The notes beneath the pieces were generated by a model that ran no database searches, was not told where the DNA came from, and worked only from the letters and a program-made list of their open reading frames with translations. A DNA stretch of 53,144 nucleotides from a virus (lineage: Duplodnaviria > Caudoviricetes): the IMG/VR virus record IMGVR_UViG_3300019875_000001, positions 1 through 53,144 of that record, one strand, 5' to 3'. Shown one piece after another: positions 1 to 8,932 of this stretch. The position numbers and the translations under genes were made by a program. The first letter of the stretch is position 1. Each line of letters begins with the position of its first letter.

Positions 1-1260
1 GAGAGCTTTAGCAAACTGCTCACCAGTGCCCTGAGCAATCGAGTCCGCCTTGATCAACAGATCAGAGATGTGCTCAATGGACTGACCGCTGCCCTTGAGA
101 GCATTAAACACACTGGTCAAAGTCTCAGCCGCAGTGCTAATCTTCATCACACCATCAGCACTGGCAGTGAAAGCAAATTTCACAACAGCGGGCATGTCTT
201 TCAACGCGTCTTCAGTGTCGCGGCCAGCTGAGGCCAGAGTGTAGAAGCCGTGAGCAATCTCGGTTGCAGAGATGCCGTACTGGACAGCCAAGTCTTTGGC
301 TACCCTAGTCATCTCACTTTTCTGGAACTCTGTGACATCCTTCATGATGGACAACGATTTATTCATCGCGTCATCAAATGCGGCAAACTGCTTGATTGCT
401 TCATACCCCGCAATAACAGCAACACCACCCGCAATCAGACCGCTTGCACCAGAGCCCACAGTAGGCGACACACCACCAGGGCCAGCGCGTAGGCCCAAAC
501 GCACGGGAATGGAGTCAGCAGCTTCAGCTTCTTTGCGGATAGCCGCCGCCCTCATCTCCGCTTCAGCCTCTTGGTTGTAGCGTAGGATGCGTGCTTTCAC
601 CGCAGCGTCAACCGCTTCAGTCTGCATGGCTTCTGCACGGGCTGTGCCAGCTGCTACTTCATTTGCAAAGGCTACACGGGCATTAGCTAACTCTTCCTCA
701 ATCGCAGCGGCCCTAGCTTCCCCAGCCGCCATCTGATTAGCAGATAGTATCCTTGCATCTGCCGTAGCCTGATCAATGGCAGCCGCTTGAGCAGATGCCT
801 GGGCCTCCTGATTGAACCGTAAAATCCTAGCTTCACTGGCAGCTTTCTCAGCAATAGCCACTTCTTTCATCACGGCTAAGCGCTTAGCTTCATTGGATGA
901 GATCTGCGCCTCAATCTCATTCATTGCTGCCGCTGCCCGAGCCTCACCCTCAACCATGTCGTTGACAGCGACATTGAGGCCTAGCAGAGATGCCTTAGCG
1001 GATTGCCCACTAATCATCATCTGAGTGAGAGCCTCCGCTACGACAGTTGCACCAGTGGCAGCTTGGCCCAGACTGACTCCCATCTGGGTAGCGGTGGCGT
1101 CAATAGACTGTTGGATAGACTTGAGGCTTACAATCGCATCACCGGCAAAGCCCTGGATAAGCGCCTTGACAGATACCACCTCATCTGCAAGCGGGGAGGC
1201 ATCCAGCCCAAGAGTAGCGAAGAGATCAGCTACAGAACCAGTGGTGCTACGGTTTGGCAT
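1..1260 (-). CDS. Tape measure protein, N-terminal part (runs off the window edge)
   Basis: ATG at 1260 gives MPNRSTTGSVADLFATLGLD..., Ala-rich with RILR(F/Y)NQEA repeats; in frame where spot-checked down to base 1 (...IKADSIAQGTGEQFAKAL); follows the tail chaperones. Confidence 0.85.
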   Translation of the reverse strand, partial: MPNRSTTGSVADLFATLGLDASPLADEVVSVKALIQGFAGDAIVSLKSIQQSIDATATQMGVSLGQAATGATVVAEALTQMMISGQSAKASLLGLNVAVNDMVEGEARAAAAMNEIEAQISSNEAKRLAVMKEVAIAEKAASEARILRFNQEAQASAQAAAIDQATADARILSANQMAAGEARAAAIEEELANARVAFANEVAAGTARAEAMQTEAVDAAVKARILRYNQEAEAEMRAAAIRKEAEAADSIPVRLGLRAGPGGVSPTVGSGASGLIAGGVAVIAGYEAIKQFAAFDDAMNKSLSIMKDVTEFQKSEMTRVAKDLAVQYGISATEIAHGFYTLASAGRDTEDALKDMPAVVKFAFTASADGVMKISTAAETLTSVFNALKGSGQSIEHISDLLIKADSIAQGTGEQFAKAL

Positions 1261-1603
1261 TGTGTATCTTCCTCTTCCTTAGTTTACGGGCTTTGTTAGC
1301 ACTTACGCCCTTCAAGGCAGACTTGAGATCTTTCCAATCTCCACCTGCCCCGCGATCGGGATCAAGTGTAATTATTACGCTTTTCTTCTGTGGCGGATAC
1401 TGCTGGAGGAGTAAGTCATCAGCATTGAACGCCTTATCTGTTGCGTTCTGCCTAGCCTTATTTAACTGGTAGGAAGCAAGCTGAGCCGGAAAGAAGTCAC
1501 GACGGCGGTCCCACTGATTGATACGCACATCATAAAGGGCTGTGACCTTGGCTAGGGATGACTTCCAGAACTCTTCAGAAGACAGCCCCAAACACCGAGC
1601 CAC
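1247..1603 (-). CDS. Tail assembly chaperone, downstream (T-like) segment
   Basis: Lies between chaperone G and TMP; in the -1 frame relative to 1636..2085 and open across its stop codon. Confidence 0.65.
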   Translation of the reverse strand: MARCLGLSSEEFWKSSLAKVTALYDVRINQWDRRRDFFPAQLASYQLNKARQNATDKAFNADDLLLQQYPPQKKSVIITLDPDRGAGGDWKDLKSALKGVSANKARKLRKRKIHNAKP

Positions 1604-1635
1604 AGCCCAGTACTGTAACCACGACTTGTTTGAGG

Positions 1636-2085
1636 CTAGAGAGGGTCCTCTCCCTCTCTTACTTCCTGCTTCTCCCGCACACCCTCAATCTGTACGTCCG
1701 ACATGTCGGGCAGGAATAAGTCAAGCGCGACCTTGAGACACTCAAGGACGTAAGCGTAATGACGATAGCCGAACAGCTTATCTACGGCCTCTTGCGTCAG
1801 ATCAGGCTGGTGTTCAATCAAGGACCAGTACAGCAAAGCCCCAAGTATCTCGGGGTCCTGCACCTCCTTAATCCCGAACCCAGCCGATAACAGGTTGTAA
1901 CCAGTGTCCTTGAGGATTCCCTTAACCGCGAAGTTGTTAAGCTCCATGGTATAGATCTTGCCCTTCAGGTTAATGGTCGTGAGCGGATCGAGTTGAAACG
2001 TCTCTGCAATCCGCTCCTTCCGCAGTGCCGCCGCTTCTTTGCTGCTAACAACTCTTACCGTCTCTCCGTCAATAGCCCTCACCAT
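1636..2085 (-). CDS. Tail assembly chaperone (G-like)
   Basis: Directly after the tail tube gene; ends EDPL*. Confidence 0.7.
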   Translation of the reverse strand: MVRAIDGETVRVVSSKEAAALRKERIAETFQLDPLTTINLKGKIYTMELNNFAVKGILKDTGYNLLSAGFGIKEVQDPEILGALLYWSLIEHQPDLTQEAVDKLFGYRHYAYVLECLKVALDLFLPDMSDVQIEGVREKQEVREGEDPL

Positions 2086-2097
2086 ACACTCTCCTTT

Positions 2098-2523
2098 TTA
2101 CGACCAGTTAGGCTGGCCAGTGACCTTGAGTGTACCAGATGCCATCAGGATGGTTCCGATGTCAGCCTTAGGGCTGATCGTTTGCACGTAGGTGGCATAG
2201 TCCACCGTGTTGTCGGAGTCATCCGGAAAGATGGTCTGGAAGTTGGTAAGCGTACGAGCATAGCTGTTAGTCCGCAACTCGATATGAATCTCGTTGGACG
2301 GCCTCCAGTTACAATCGAACGCCACGTTATCCCCGTCAGCCAAGCCGGGGATGAACTCCCGAAAGAAGCCTACGGAATCGTGACTGGTCGCATCCAGCAA
2401 GTCAAACTTGATGGACGGGCCAGACAGTTTGGTCACTTCGGGGACTGTGGTGAATTGCTCCGGTGAAGTGCCATCACCAATCTTTAGAAGTGTGCCGTTT
2501 GCGATAATCGCGATTGTTGCCAT
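2098..2523 (-). CDS. Major tail tube protein
   Basis: GTLLKIGDG...DLLDATSHDS.GFFREFIPGLADG resembles siphoviral tail tube proteins; AAGGAG SD before ATG 2523. Confidence 0.85.
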   Translation of the reverse strand: MATIAIIANGTLLKIGDGTSPEQFTTVPEVTKLSGPSIKFDLLDATSHDSVGFFREFIPGLADGDNVAFDCNWRPSNEIHIELRTNSYARTLTNFQTIFPDDSDNTVDYATYVQTISPKADIGTILMASGTLKVTGQPNWS

Positions 2524-2533
2524 TGTCTGCTCC

Positions 2534-2773
2534 TTAGTAGTCGGGCTCGTCGTACTCACGAGCTTCCCCTACTGGTTTTGGATTCTGACCTGGGAAGGCC
2601 CAGGGGTGACTATCCTCCGCTTGATGCTTGGTCATCTTTGACATCCACAAAGTGGAATACTGGCAGTAGATGCACATGTAATGCTTGCGATCCTTCCACT
2701 TGCCAATCTTGTAGCCCCGGAGCTTCTCCAGGTCTTCCTCAGTCGGCGTTATGATTAAGTTTGGGCTTGACAT
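2534..2773 (-). CDS. Small C2H2-type zinc-finger protein
   Basis: YMCIYCQYSTLWMSKMTKHQAEDSH. Confidence 0.6.
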   Translation of the reverse strand: MSSPNLIITPTEEDLEKLRGYKIGKWKDRKHYMCIYCQYSTLWMSKMTKHQAEDSHPWAFPGQNPKPVGEAREYDEPDY

Positions 2774-3809
2774 ACCATTCTGCCTTAGGTAACTGCTGTC
2801 CTTCCAACAACTTAAGTATAACAGGGTCCAGTCCTAGCTTCCGCCACTTCTGTACCAAATAGGACTTTCGAGTAACAAACATCCTATCCAAGTTGATACC
2901 CTGGGCCTCAAGCTCAGGCCAAGAGGAGTGTAGTGCACGATGTAGATAGCGCATCCCTCCGAAATAGCGATTCTTATAACCAGCTGCCCTAATCTGGTAG
3001 TGGAGATCATCATCCTCATACCCCCAGCCTGGGCCGCCAAAGGGACCGCCCTCATCGAACCTCACACCCTTATGGAACAGCTCAGTGCGGAACAGGCCGT
3101 ATTGAGTCCAGGCGCACCGGATATCATCACGGGTACGAGACTCAGGTATCTCTATCAGATTGGTGGCGCATTCGTGCCGCTTGTCCGAGAAGTTAGCCGA
3201 GTAGGCACCGATCACCCCTAGATCAGAGTGACACTCCAGATACCGCATCATCGTGTAAGACGATAGCGGAACTATCTCAATGTCACCATCCATGAATAGG
3301 GTGTACTTGGAACCCTGTATCTTGGCAAAGTCGATGATTACATTGCGGGCTGTGCAGTTGCCCATATTGCGCGGCAAGTCGCACAGATGTAGATAGTGGG
3401 GCAGCTTGCCATTGAAGGATGCGCGTATGGCCTCCATAGTGCCGTCAGTTGACCCATTGTCAACCACACAGATCATGGGGAAGTTACCAAGCTGGATAAG
3501 CCTCTCAGCCTCAGCAACCAGGGCTTGCACACCCTCCACACTGATATCGCGGGTGTTCCAGCAAAGGTACCCAAGTGTAATTATTACGCTTTTGGTGCCC
3601 TCCCCATTGACTCTGGAGATGTACTCCTGGATCTCACCCTTATACTCTGTGGGTATGCCATGGCCCTTAGCCTGACAGTGAGCCCTCATCTTGACACCTG
3701 CACCAGCGCCCAGAGTGTCATAGGGACAGTCAATGCACTGACAGTGATTGAGGCCCTTACGATTGCGGGTATTCCAGGTATAGTCTAATGTGCTCTGCAT
3801 TATCCCCAT
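2739..3809 (-). CDS. GT2-family glycosyltransferase with N-terminal C2H2-like finger
   Basis: VVDNGSTDGT, N.G...ARN, FMDGD (DxD), GWGYEDDDL; N-terminal CIDC...HCQAKGH. Confidence 0.85.
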   Translation of the reverse strand: MGIMQSTLDYTWNTRNRKGLNHCQCIDCPYDTLGAGAGVKMRAHCQAKGHGIPTEYKGEIQEYISRVNGEGTKSVIITLGYLCWNTRDISVEGVQALVAEAERLIQLGNFPMICVVDNGSTDGTMEAIRASFNGKLPHYLHLCDLPRNMGNCTARNVIIDFAKIQGSKYTLFMDGDIEIVPLSSYTMMRYLECHSDLGVIGAYSANFSDKRHECATNLIEIPESRTRDDIRCAWTQYGLFRTELFHKGVRFDEGGPFGGPGWGYEDDDLHYQIRAAGYKNRYFGGMRYLHRALHSSWPELEAQGINLDRMFVTRKSYLVQKWRKLGLDPVILKLLEGQQLPKAEWYVKPKLNHNAD

Positions 3810-4180
3810 GTGACCATAACCCTTGTTACTCCCTGATGAAGAGAACGTACACCATCATGCAGCATAGAATCAACCACAGGATTAACTCCCTGGATGACCC
3901 TCGAACCCGCTGTGCCCGAGAAGCCACACAGGTAAAGCTTAGCGGAATCACGCACCGTACCAGCACTTTCAAAGTCCTTAGCCCATACATTAACTTGTAT
4001 GATTGTCTGCTGGACCCCACTGAGCCCAGTCAAATGTTCCACCTCTTTAACCGTGATCTCCTGCACGGTAACGTAGGGGAAGGTAGCGGAAGGAGGCAGG
4101 GGCACTGGCGAGATTCCACCCAGGCTAGACGTGAAGTGGCCTTTTAGGAGTTGTATCACCTCAGCTACAAAAGTGTTCAC
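3800..4180 (-). CDS. Tail terminator/completion protein
   Basis: Position in the operon; FPYVTV...IQVNVWAK pattern. Confidence 0.65.
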   Translation of the reverse strand: MNTFVAEVIQLLKGHFTSSLGGISPVPLPPSATFPYVTVQEITVKEVEHLTGLSGVQQTIIQVNVWAKDFESAGTVRDSAKLYLCGFSGTAGSRVIQGVNPVVDSMLHDGVRSLHQGVTRVMVTWG

Positions 4181-4632
4181 GCCAGTAGCCCCCTGATCAA
4201 AGCTGCTATCCCCGCATGGACATCAGCCCTGATTTGTCGATCATTACCGAAGATAGCGTTACTGATAGCCCCTTGACCCTTGCCTGTGGGAGAGCCATTG
4301 AATTCGATGAATGGGGCATAATCTTTCTTGGATTCATTGTCAGGGTGAGCTATCAGCTTCTCACCGCCAACCTGAAGCACAGCGCGGGCATGAGTAGGGC
4401 CTATCTCCGAGATGGCCACCTCCATAGTAGACAAGCTAGCACCTGTAAGCACCGGCCACTCTGCACGGGCATCCTGTAGAGCGGGTTGTAGCGCCTCATA
4501 CAGAATGTTGGCAATGGCCTCTCCATTGATCCCAGCAGCAAGCTTAGTCAGGCCAAACGTATTGACCTGGAGTCCAACCTGATCCCCAGCAGCCCTTGAA
4601 CGCCGACCTGTAGTAACGCGAACACTAGCCAT
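4177..4632 (-). CDS. HK97 gp10-like neck protein
   Basis: PVLTGAS and YAPFIEF motifs; position. Confidence 0.6.
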   Translation of the reverse strand: MASVRVTTGRRSRAAGDQVGLQVNTFGLTKLAAGINGEAIANILYEALQPALQDARAEWPVLTGASLSTMEVAISEIGPTHARAVLQVGGEKLIAHPDNESKKDYAPFIEFNGSPTGKGQGAISNAIFGNDRQIRADVHAGIAALIRGLLA

Positions 4633-5012
4633 TAGGGTGTGATTAACTCCAGGTGTAGGCGAGTGCTGAAGTGGCAGCTGTCAGGCTCCACGCCCACAAT
4701 CTTGTAGTTGGTGCCGTCAATCAAGGCGTACATGTCATTGACGATAGTCGGCTGGTAGCTATTCAGCTTGCAGTTACGCCGCTTGAGATCCTGTGTCACA
4801 GCCTGTTCACGTATCTGAGTGTCATCGGGCCTCAGCACAATGAAGGGTGCCATACGAGCCTCAAGATCGATCATTCCAGCCACAGAAGTAAAACCTGTGA
4901 TGACCGGCTGGTTCGCAGCATTGACAGAGACTGTGGCCGTACGAATAGTAACCCGTGACGGCCACATCTCAGGTATCGCTATGCGCAAGCGAGAGTCAAG
5001 GATCTGTCTCAC
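4632..5012 (-). CDS. Head closure / head-tail adaptor
   Basis: Position; C-terminal IDGTNYKIVGVEPD. Confidence 0.6.
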   Translation of the reverse strand: MRQILDSRLRIAIPEMWPSRVTIRTATVSVNAANQPVITGFTSVAGMIDLEARMAPFIVLRPDDTQIREQAVTQDLKRRNCKLNSYQPTIVNDMYALIDGTNYKIVGVEPDSCHFSTRLHLELITP

Positions 5013-5572
5013 AGGTCAGCCCTCTCCCAGTCCTTGAACACTTTCTCACACCAGCTGGGCGTATCGTAGACAAGCTCAGCCATATCAAATACAGACTCGT
5101 CAAGCACCAGATCACGCATAGCCTTGGCAGCTGCGCGCATCTCTTTAGCCATCGCTGGACCATCCGTCTGCAAGTCCAGGATCTTGATCTTTTTGAGGAT
5201 CAGGATCATATTGACCGCCATAGCATCTAGACAGTCAGCAGCAATAAGCTTGGTGTCACCAATGTTGCCGTCCACATCAGTGTTGGCATCGATGATGTCT
5301 TGAATCGTGGAGTCAAGCAGAATAACCTGATCGTACCGGAATACGTAAATACCCGCTGAGGCACCACTGCCAAAGAGGATACGGCCATTCTGCGCATCGG
5401 TGAGGGTAAATGATGGAGCCGAGCCGCTTGGAGGTGTAATTATTACGCTTCCAGCGACCACGGGGAAGTACGTGGTTTGGAACGTCAGCTGCCCCGCAAC
5501 CGCAGTGATATTACTCGTTTGGAAGAGGGGCTGATCCTGTATTAAGGAGCGTATCTGAGTGATGAGAGACAT
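5009..5572 (-). CDS. Head-tail connector protein
   Basis: Position after capsid; QIRSLIQD...AADCLDAMA...DLQTDG. Confidence 0.6.
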   Translation of the reverse strand: MSLITQIRSLIQDQPLFQTSNITAVAGQLTFQTTYFPVVAGSVIITPPSGSAPSFTLTDAQNGRILFGSGASAGIYVFRYDQVILLDSTIQDIIDANTDVDGNIGDTKLIAADCLDAMAVNMILILKKIKILDLQTDGPAMAKEMRAAAKAMRDLVLDESVFDMAELVYDTPSWCEKVFKDWERADL

Positions 5573-5775
5573 TAGCGCTTCCGATTGATCACTGGTTCTT
5601 TGACGCGGGTTTCCTCAAACGATCGAAGGTCAGGTGTCTTGGGTTGCGTGCTGCTGATCATCACATCCTTTATCTCGTTAAGGATCTTGACTACAGCACG
5701 CAATTCCTCAACAGCTGCCGCCATGAAGTGGTCTGAAGTCGTTTCCGGCCTCAGACCCTGGTCAGGTGCAGCCAT
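5572..5775 (-). CDS. Hypothetical protein
   Basis: Tightly packed ORF between capsid and connector genes. Confidence 0.5.
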   Translation of the reverse strand: MAAPDQGLRPETTSDHFMAAAVEELRAVVKILNEIKDVMISSTQPKTPDLRSFEETRVKEPVINRKR

Positions 5776-5778
5776 AGA

Positions 5779-6981
5779 CTAGGCACCGATGGAGGCTACA
5801 GCCATCTTGGGATCAACCTGAGTTGCCCCAAAGATGTGCCGCATCTTGTAGTTGATATCGTCGTTGTCGAAGTTGCCTTCAAGAGGAGACGATGCGCCGC
5901 CGCCGATCATCATTGCGTCGGGGTCCTTAACAAACAGCTGAGGCGAACGCCGTCCACGCATGAAAGCGAAGACGAAAGCGGGCCTCTGGGTTGCATCATT
6001 GGGATTAGCAATGAGAAACCAAGGGTTGGAGGCGCAAGAGCTAGCCACGTACGGGATATACGGGTTAACTGCCAGCGACACACGGCCCTTCATCCAGTTC
6101 TCCGTATACAGGAACTGGTCCGTATCTCCACCACCACCAGCCGCATTGACGCGGATCTGAGTAGCGTTGAGAATGTTGCGGGCGGTGATCTCGTCGTTGG
6201 GGGTGACCAACAGAGTAACCGCAGTGATCATGATCGGCTGGCCGTCCACGTCAGTCTGAGCCGCCAGAAGCTTGTAAGCTGCCTGGAGATTCTTGATCGT
6301 GAGAGCGCCACTCGCCAAATTGCCGTTACCACTGGAGAAGAATGTGGCATCCGGACCGTTCACATCACAGAGCTTGGAGGTAGCCAAGTACTCCTCAGAA
6401 CGGCGGGCACCAGTGGCCATCAGGACTGGACGCTGGTTGAAGGCGTTCAAGTCGTCCTGGATAACCATCTCAAAGGAGATCCCATAGCGCTGGCCATACT
6501 TGAGTACGGATACGCTGTAATGACCTTCCTGGAAGGTGATCTCCGAATAGGGCTCGTGCTCCTTCACCTGAGGGAGGATACCCTGACCACCGTCGATGGT
6601 GTAGAGGTTCAAGGCGCGGAAGTCCTTGACATCCACAACACGCATCCACGAGGGGTACGTCACCGGCCAAGGCGTGTAATTGCCCAGGAGTTGACGATAC
6701 AGAAGATCCCCGAACAACAGAGGGAAATCATCCGTGCCCATCGCTTCTTGCAAATGCCATTCGGGGATGTTGCCCTGTTTGACACCGGCGATGATGTTGG
6801 CGAGAAGTGCGGTGCTCCGCATTCCTTCCCTTGAGCGCAGACGGATTGCACGTTCCGAGCGCGATATCCCCTCGTGCGCGTTGACGGAGGGATTGTTTCC
6901 GGTGGCCTTGACAACCTGGAACGATTTCTTCAGGTTGGCTACGTCAGAGGCCACGACTTTCATACGGTCAGCTAATAGCAT
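5779..6981 (-). CDS. Major capsid protein (Mu gpT-like, HK97 fold)
   Basis: EAMGTDDFPLL, DFRA, KYG..YGISFEMVIQDDL, F..DDINYKMRHIFG. Confidence 0.9.
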   Translation of the reverse strand: MLLADRMKVVASDVANLKKSFQVVKATGNNPSVNAHEGISRSERAIRLRSREGMRSTALLANIIAGVKQGNIPEWHLQEAMGTDDFPLLFGDLLYRQLLGNYTPWPVTYPSWMRVVDVKDFRALNLYTIDGGQGILPQVKEHEPYSEITFQEGHYSVSVLKYGQRYGISFEMVIQDDLNAFNQRPVLMATGARRSEEYLATSKLCDVNGPDATFFSSGNGNLASGALTIKNLQAAYKLLAAQTDVDGQPIMITAVTLLVTPNDEITARNILNATQIRVNAAGGGGDTDQFLYTENWMKGRVSLAVNPYIPYVASSCASNPWFLIANPNDATQRPAFVFAFMRGRRSPQLFVKDPDAMMIGGGASSPLEGNFDNDDINYKMRHIFGATQVDPKMAVASIGA

Positions 6982-6990
6982 GATGGCTCC

Positions 6991-7404
6991 TTAGTACCCC
7001 ACCTGGACGTTAATACGGGTTGTGGTGGCACCCGACGCGACCATCTGCACTCCCGAATCACCAGCAGCGTAGCCGAAGCGTACGCCACCAGCCCGCTTAC
7101 TCACCGGGGGTGTTTTGGCTTGGTCGAAGTAGAGGATATCTCCACCGTTTACGGCCACGTTGGCATCTGCGCCCGACGTGCCGCTGGAATCAACGCCGCC
7201 AACGAGCAGCTCAAAGATTCCGTCAACTTGCATCCGAGTCTTGCCGCCAGTGTCTGCGTCATCGAGAGCAACTCCAGGTTTGGAGCCGCAGACTACGGGA
7301 TCACCGGAAATCGCGTGATTGCTGGTGCGGCTGGCGGTTTGCGCAATGACCTTCACGTTAGGCCATACGTTGTTGGTGCCAGCGTATTTTCGATTCGTTG
7401 CCAT
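6991..7404 (-). CDS. Capsid cement/decoration protein (DUF2190-like)
   Basis: SGDPVVCG..PGVAL, GD.LYFD, FGYA; immediately upstream of the capsid gene. Confidence 0.7.
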   Translation of the reverse strand: MATNRKYAGTNNVWPNVKVIAQTASRTSNHAISGDPVVCGSKPGVALDDADTGGKTRMQVDGIFELLVGGVDSSGTSGADANVAVNGGDILYFDQAKTPPVSKRAGGVRFGYAAGDSGVQMVASGATTTRINVQVGY

Positions 7405-7445
7405 TCGTTTGTGCCTCCAAAAGCGTAATTATTACACTTCGGGGC

Positions 7446-8909
7446 TTAGTACTGCCCCGTTGCGTACTTCAAACCAGCTTCCGAGACACCCAGCGCTTTC
7501 AAGTCATTCTCGAAACGCTTGTCCTCTTCAGCTTCCTTGGCCTTGTTGCGACCGCCCTCGTGAACCCCAAGGTGCTGTTCACCCATCCCAGTTACCGCAC
7601 CGGCAGACTCGCCAACATCCACGAGATCATCCGCCACTGCTTTGGCCCACACCAGATCGACTTTGCCATCGACCATTTTGGGGGACTCGCACACCCGCTC
7701 AAGCAATGAGGGCTTGATGGTGAAACCAGCCTCCCGCACAATTGCACCCACAGCCGCCATCCCAAGGATGCGGTTCTGAGTGGATTCATAGACCCGATTA
7801 CGCGCTTCTGATGCTGCCAGACTATCGCGCAGGGTCTGAATTTCCTGGTCCGTCAATGCTGCCATCGTCGTGTTCTCCTTTACTACCGTCGTTGGGGCAC
7901 TGCCCCGCTGCGATTCTGTAACCGGGACAATTGGGGCACCGCCCGCTCCTGCCTTGGTCACATAGTCTACTGAGTAAGCCCGTGTGAAAGCTTCCGCAAT
8001 AAGTCCTGTACGGCCTCCCACACTGCCCTCATTGGCCTTAATGGCGGCATTGATAGACACGCCAATGTAAGGACCTTTTTCCTTGATCTGCTCCGAGTGG
8101 TCAGAGAACAGCAGGGCATCCCCATAGAGCCCCGCACCCTTGGGACCGTTCTCATTCCAGTAGGCATCACCATTCAAGACACTGGCGAGCGAGTTGAGAT
8201 CACCCTCAGGCCGATCAGCCTCCTCCGCTTCAGTAGCATGATTGATAAACATCTGGGTGCCCTTCTTGAACGCCTTAGGCCCCGTGTTCATGATCATCTC
8301 TTTGGAGTAGTAGGCGCAAGAGCCCCACCCAGGCTTGATGATGCAGACAGGGATAGTGGTCTTGCCAGCCTCATAGACGCGGAATCCGCCCTTGGCCTGG
8401 GCTTCACCAGTCTCCGTAACGGGCCAGCAGAATTCAACGCTCTCCCTGACCACTTTGGACCCATCGTCAAGCGTAATTATTACACTTTCCTGCCCGCCAA
8501 GAGCTTTATACCAGCCCTCATTCTCTTCCAGACTTGAGTCAGGCGCATCCATAAGAACGCGCATAGACTCCTTTTCACTGGCGGAGGAGACATAGGCAAC
8601 GTGAACCTTCTTAGCATCCCCAACTGTGACGGCTGGGTCACTTCCAGCAGCACCTTGAGTAACTGTATATTTTCTCTTGTAGTTTTGGCCCCCGTGACTG
8701 TACACCACATGCTGCGGAAACACGTCACTAACCCATGGACCAGAGCTATCATAAGTGTTGCTCACCCCGTGAGCGGACATGAGGGCCGTGCGTAAGTGGC
8801 CTCTGAGCGCATCGTGCGATTGATTCATGGGCAAAGCCGCTTCAGCCGTCTTGTAGATCTTTCGGCTTATATCAGCCACGTCCACCTTTGCTTTGTAAAA
8901 GGGAAGCAT
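7446..8909 (-). CDS. Prohead protease/scaffold
   Basis: IIKPGWGS..YY, MFINH, IGVSINA, SVDYVTKAGAGG followed by a helical tail; between portal and capsid. Confidence 0.75.
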   Translation of the reverse strand: MLPFYKAKVDVADISRKIYKTAEAALPMNQSHDALRGHLRTALMSAHGVSNTYDSSGPWVSDVFPQHVVYSHGGQNYKRKYTVTQGAAGSDPAVTVGDAKKVHVAYVSSASEKESMRVLMDAPDSSLEENEGWYKALGGQESVIITLDDGSKVVRESVEFCWPVTETGEAQAKGGFRVYEAGKTTIPVCIIKPGWGSCAYYSKEMIMNTGPKAFKKGTQMFINHATEAEEADRPEGDLNSLASVLNGDAYWNENGPKGAGLYGDALLFSDHSEQIKEKGPYIGVSINAAIKANEGSVGGRTGLIAEAFTRAYSVDYVTKAGAGGAPIVPVTESQRGSAPTTVVKENTTMAALTDQEIQTLRDSLAASEARNRVYESTQNRILGMAAVGAIVREAGFTIKPSLLERVCESPKMVDGKVDLVWAKAVADDLVDVGESAGAVTGMGEQHLGVHEGGRNKAKEAEEDKRFENDLKALGVSEAGLKYATGQY

Positions 8910-8932
8910 ACAATCCTTTGTACCACGCGGGA

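Noticed and set aside
5836-6834. 332-aa plus-strand ORF
   Set aside because: Antisense shadow of the capsid gene with no motifs
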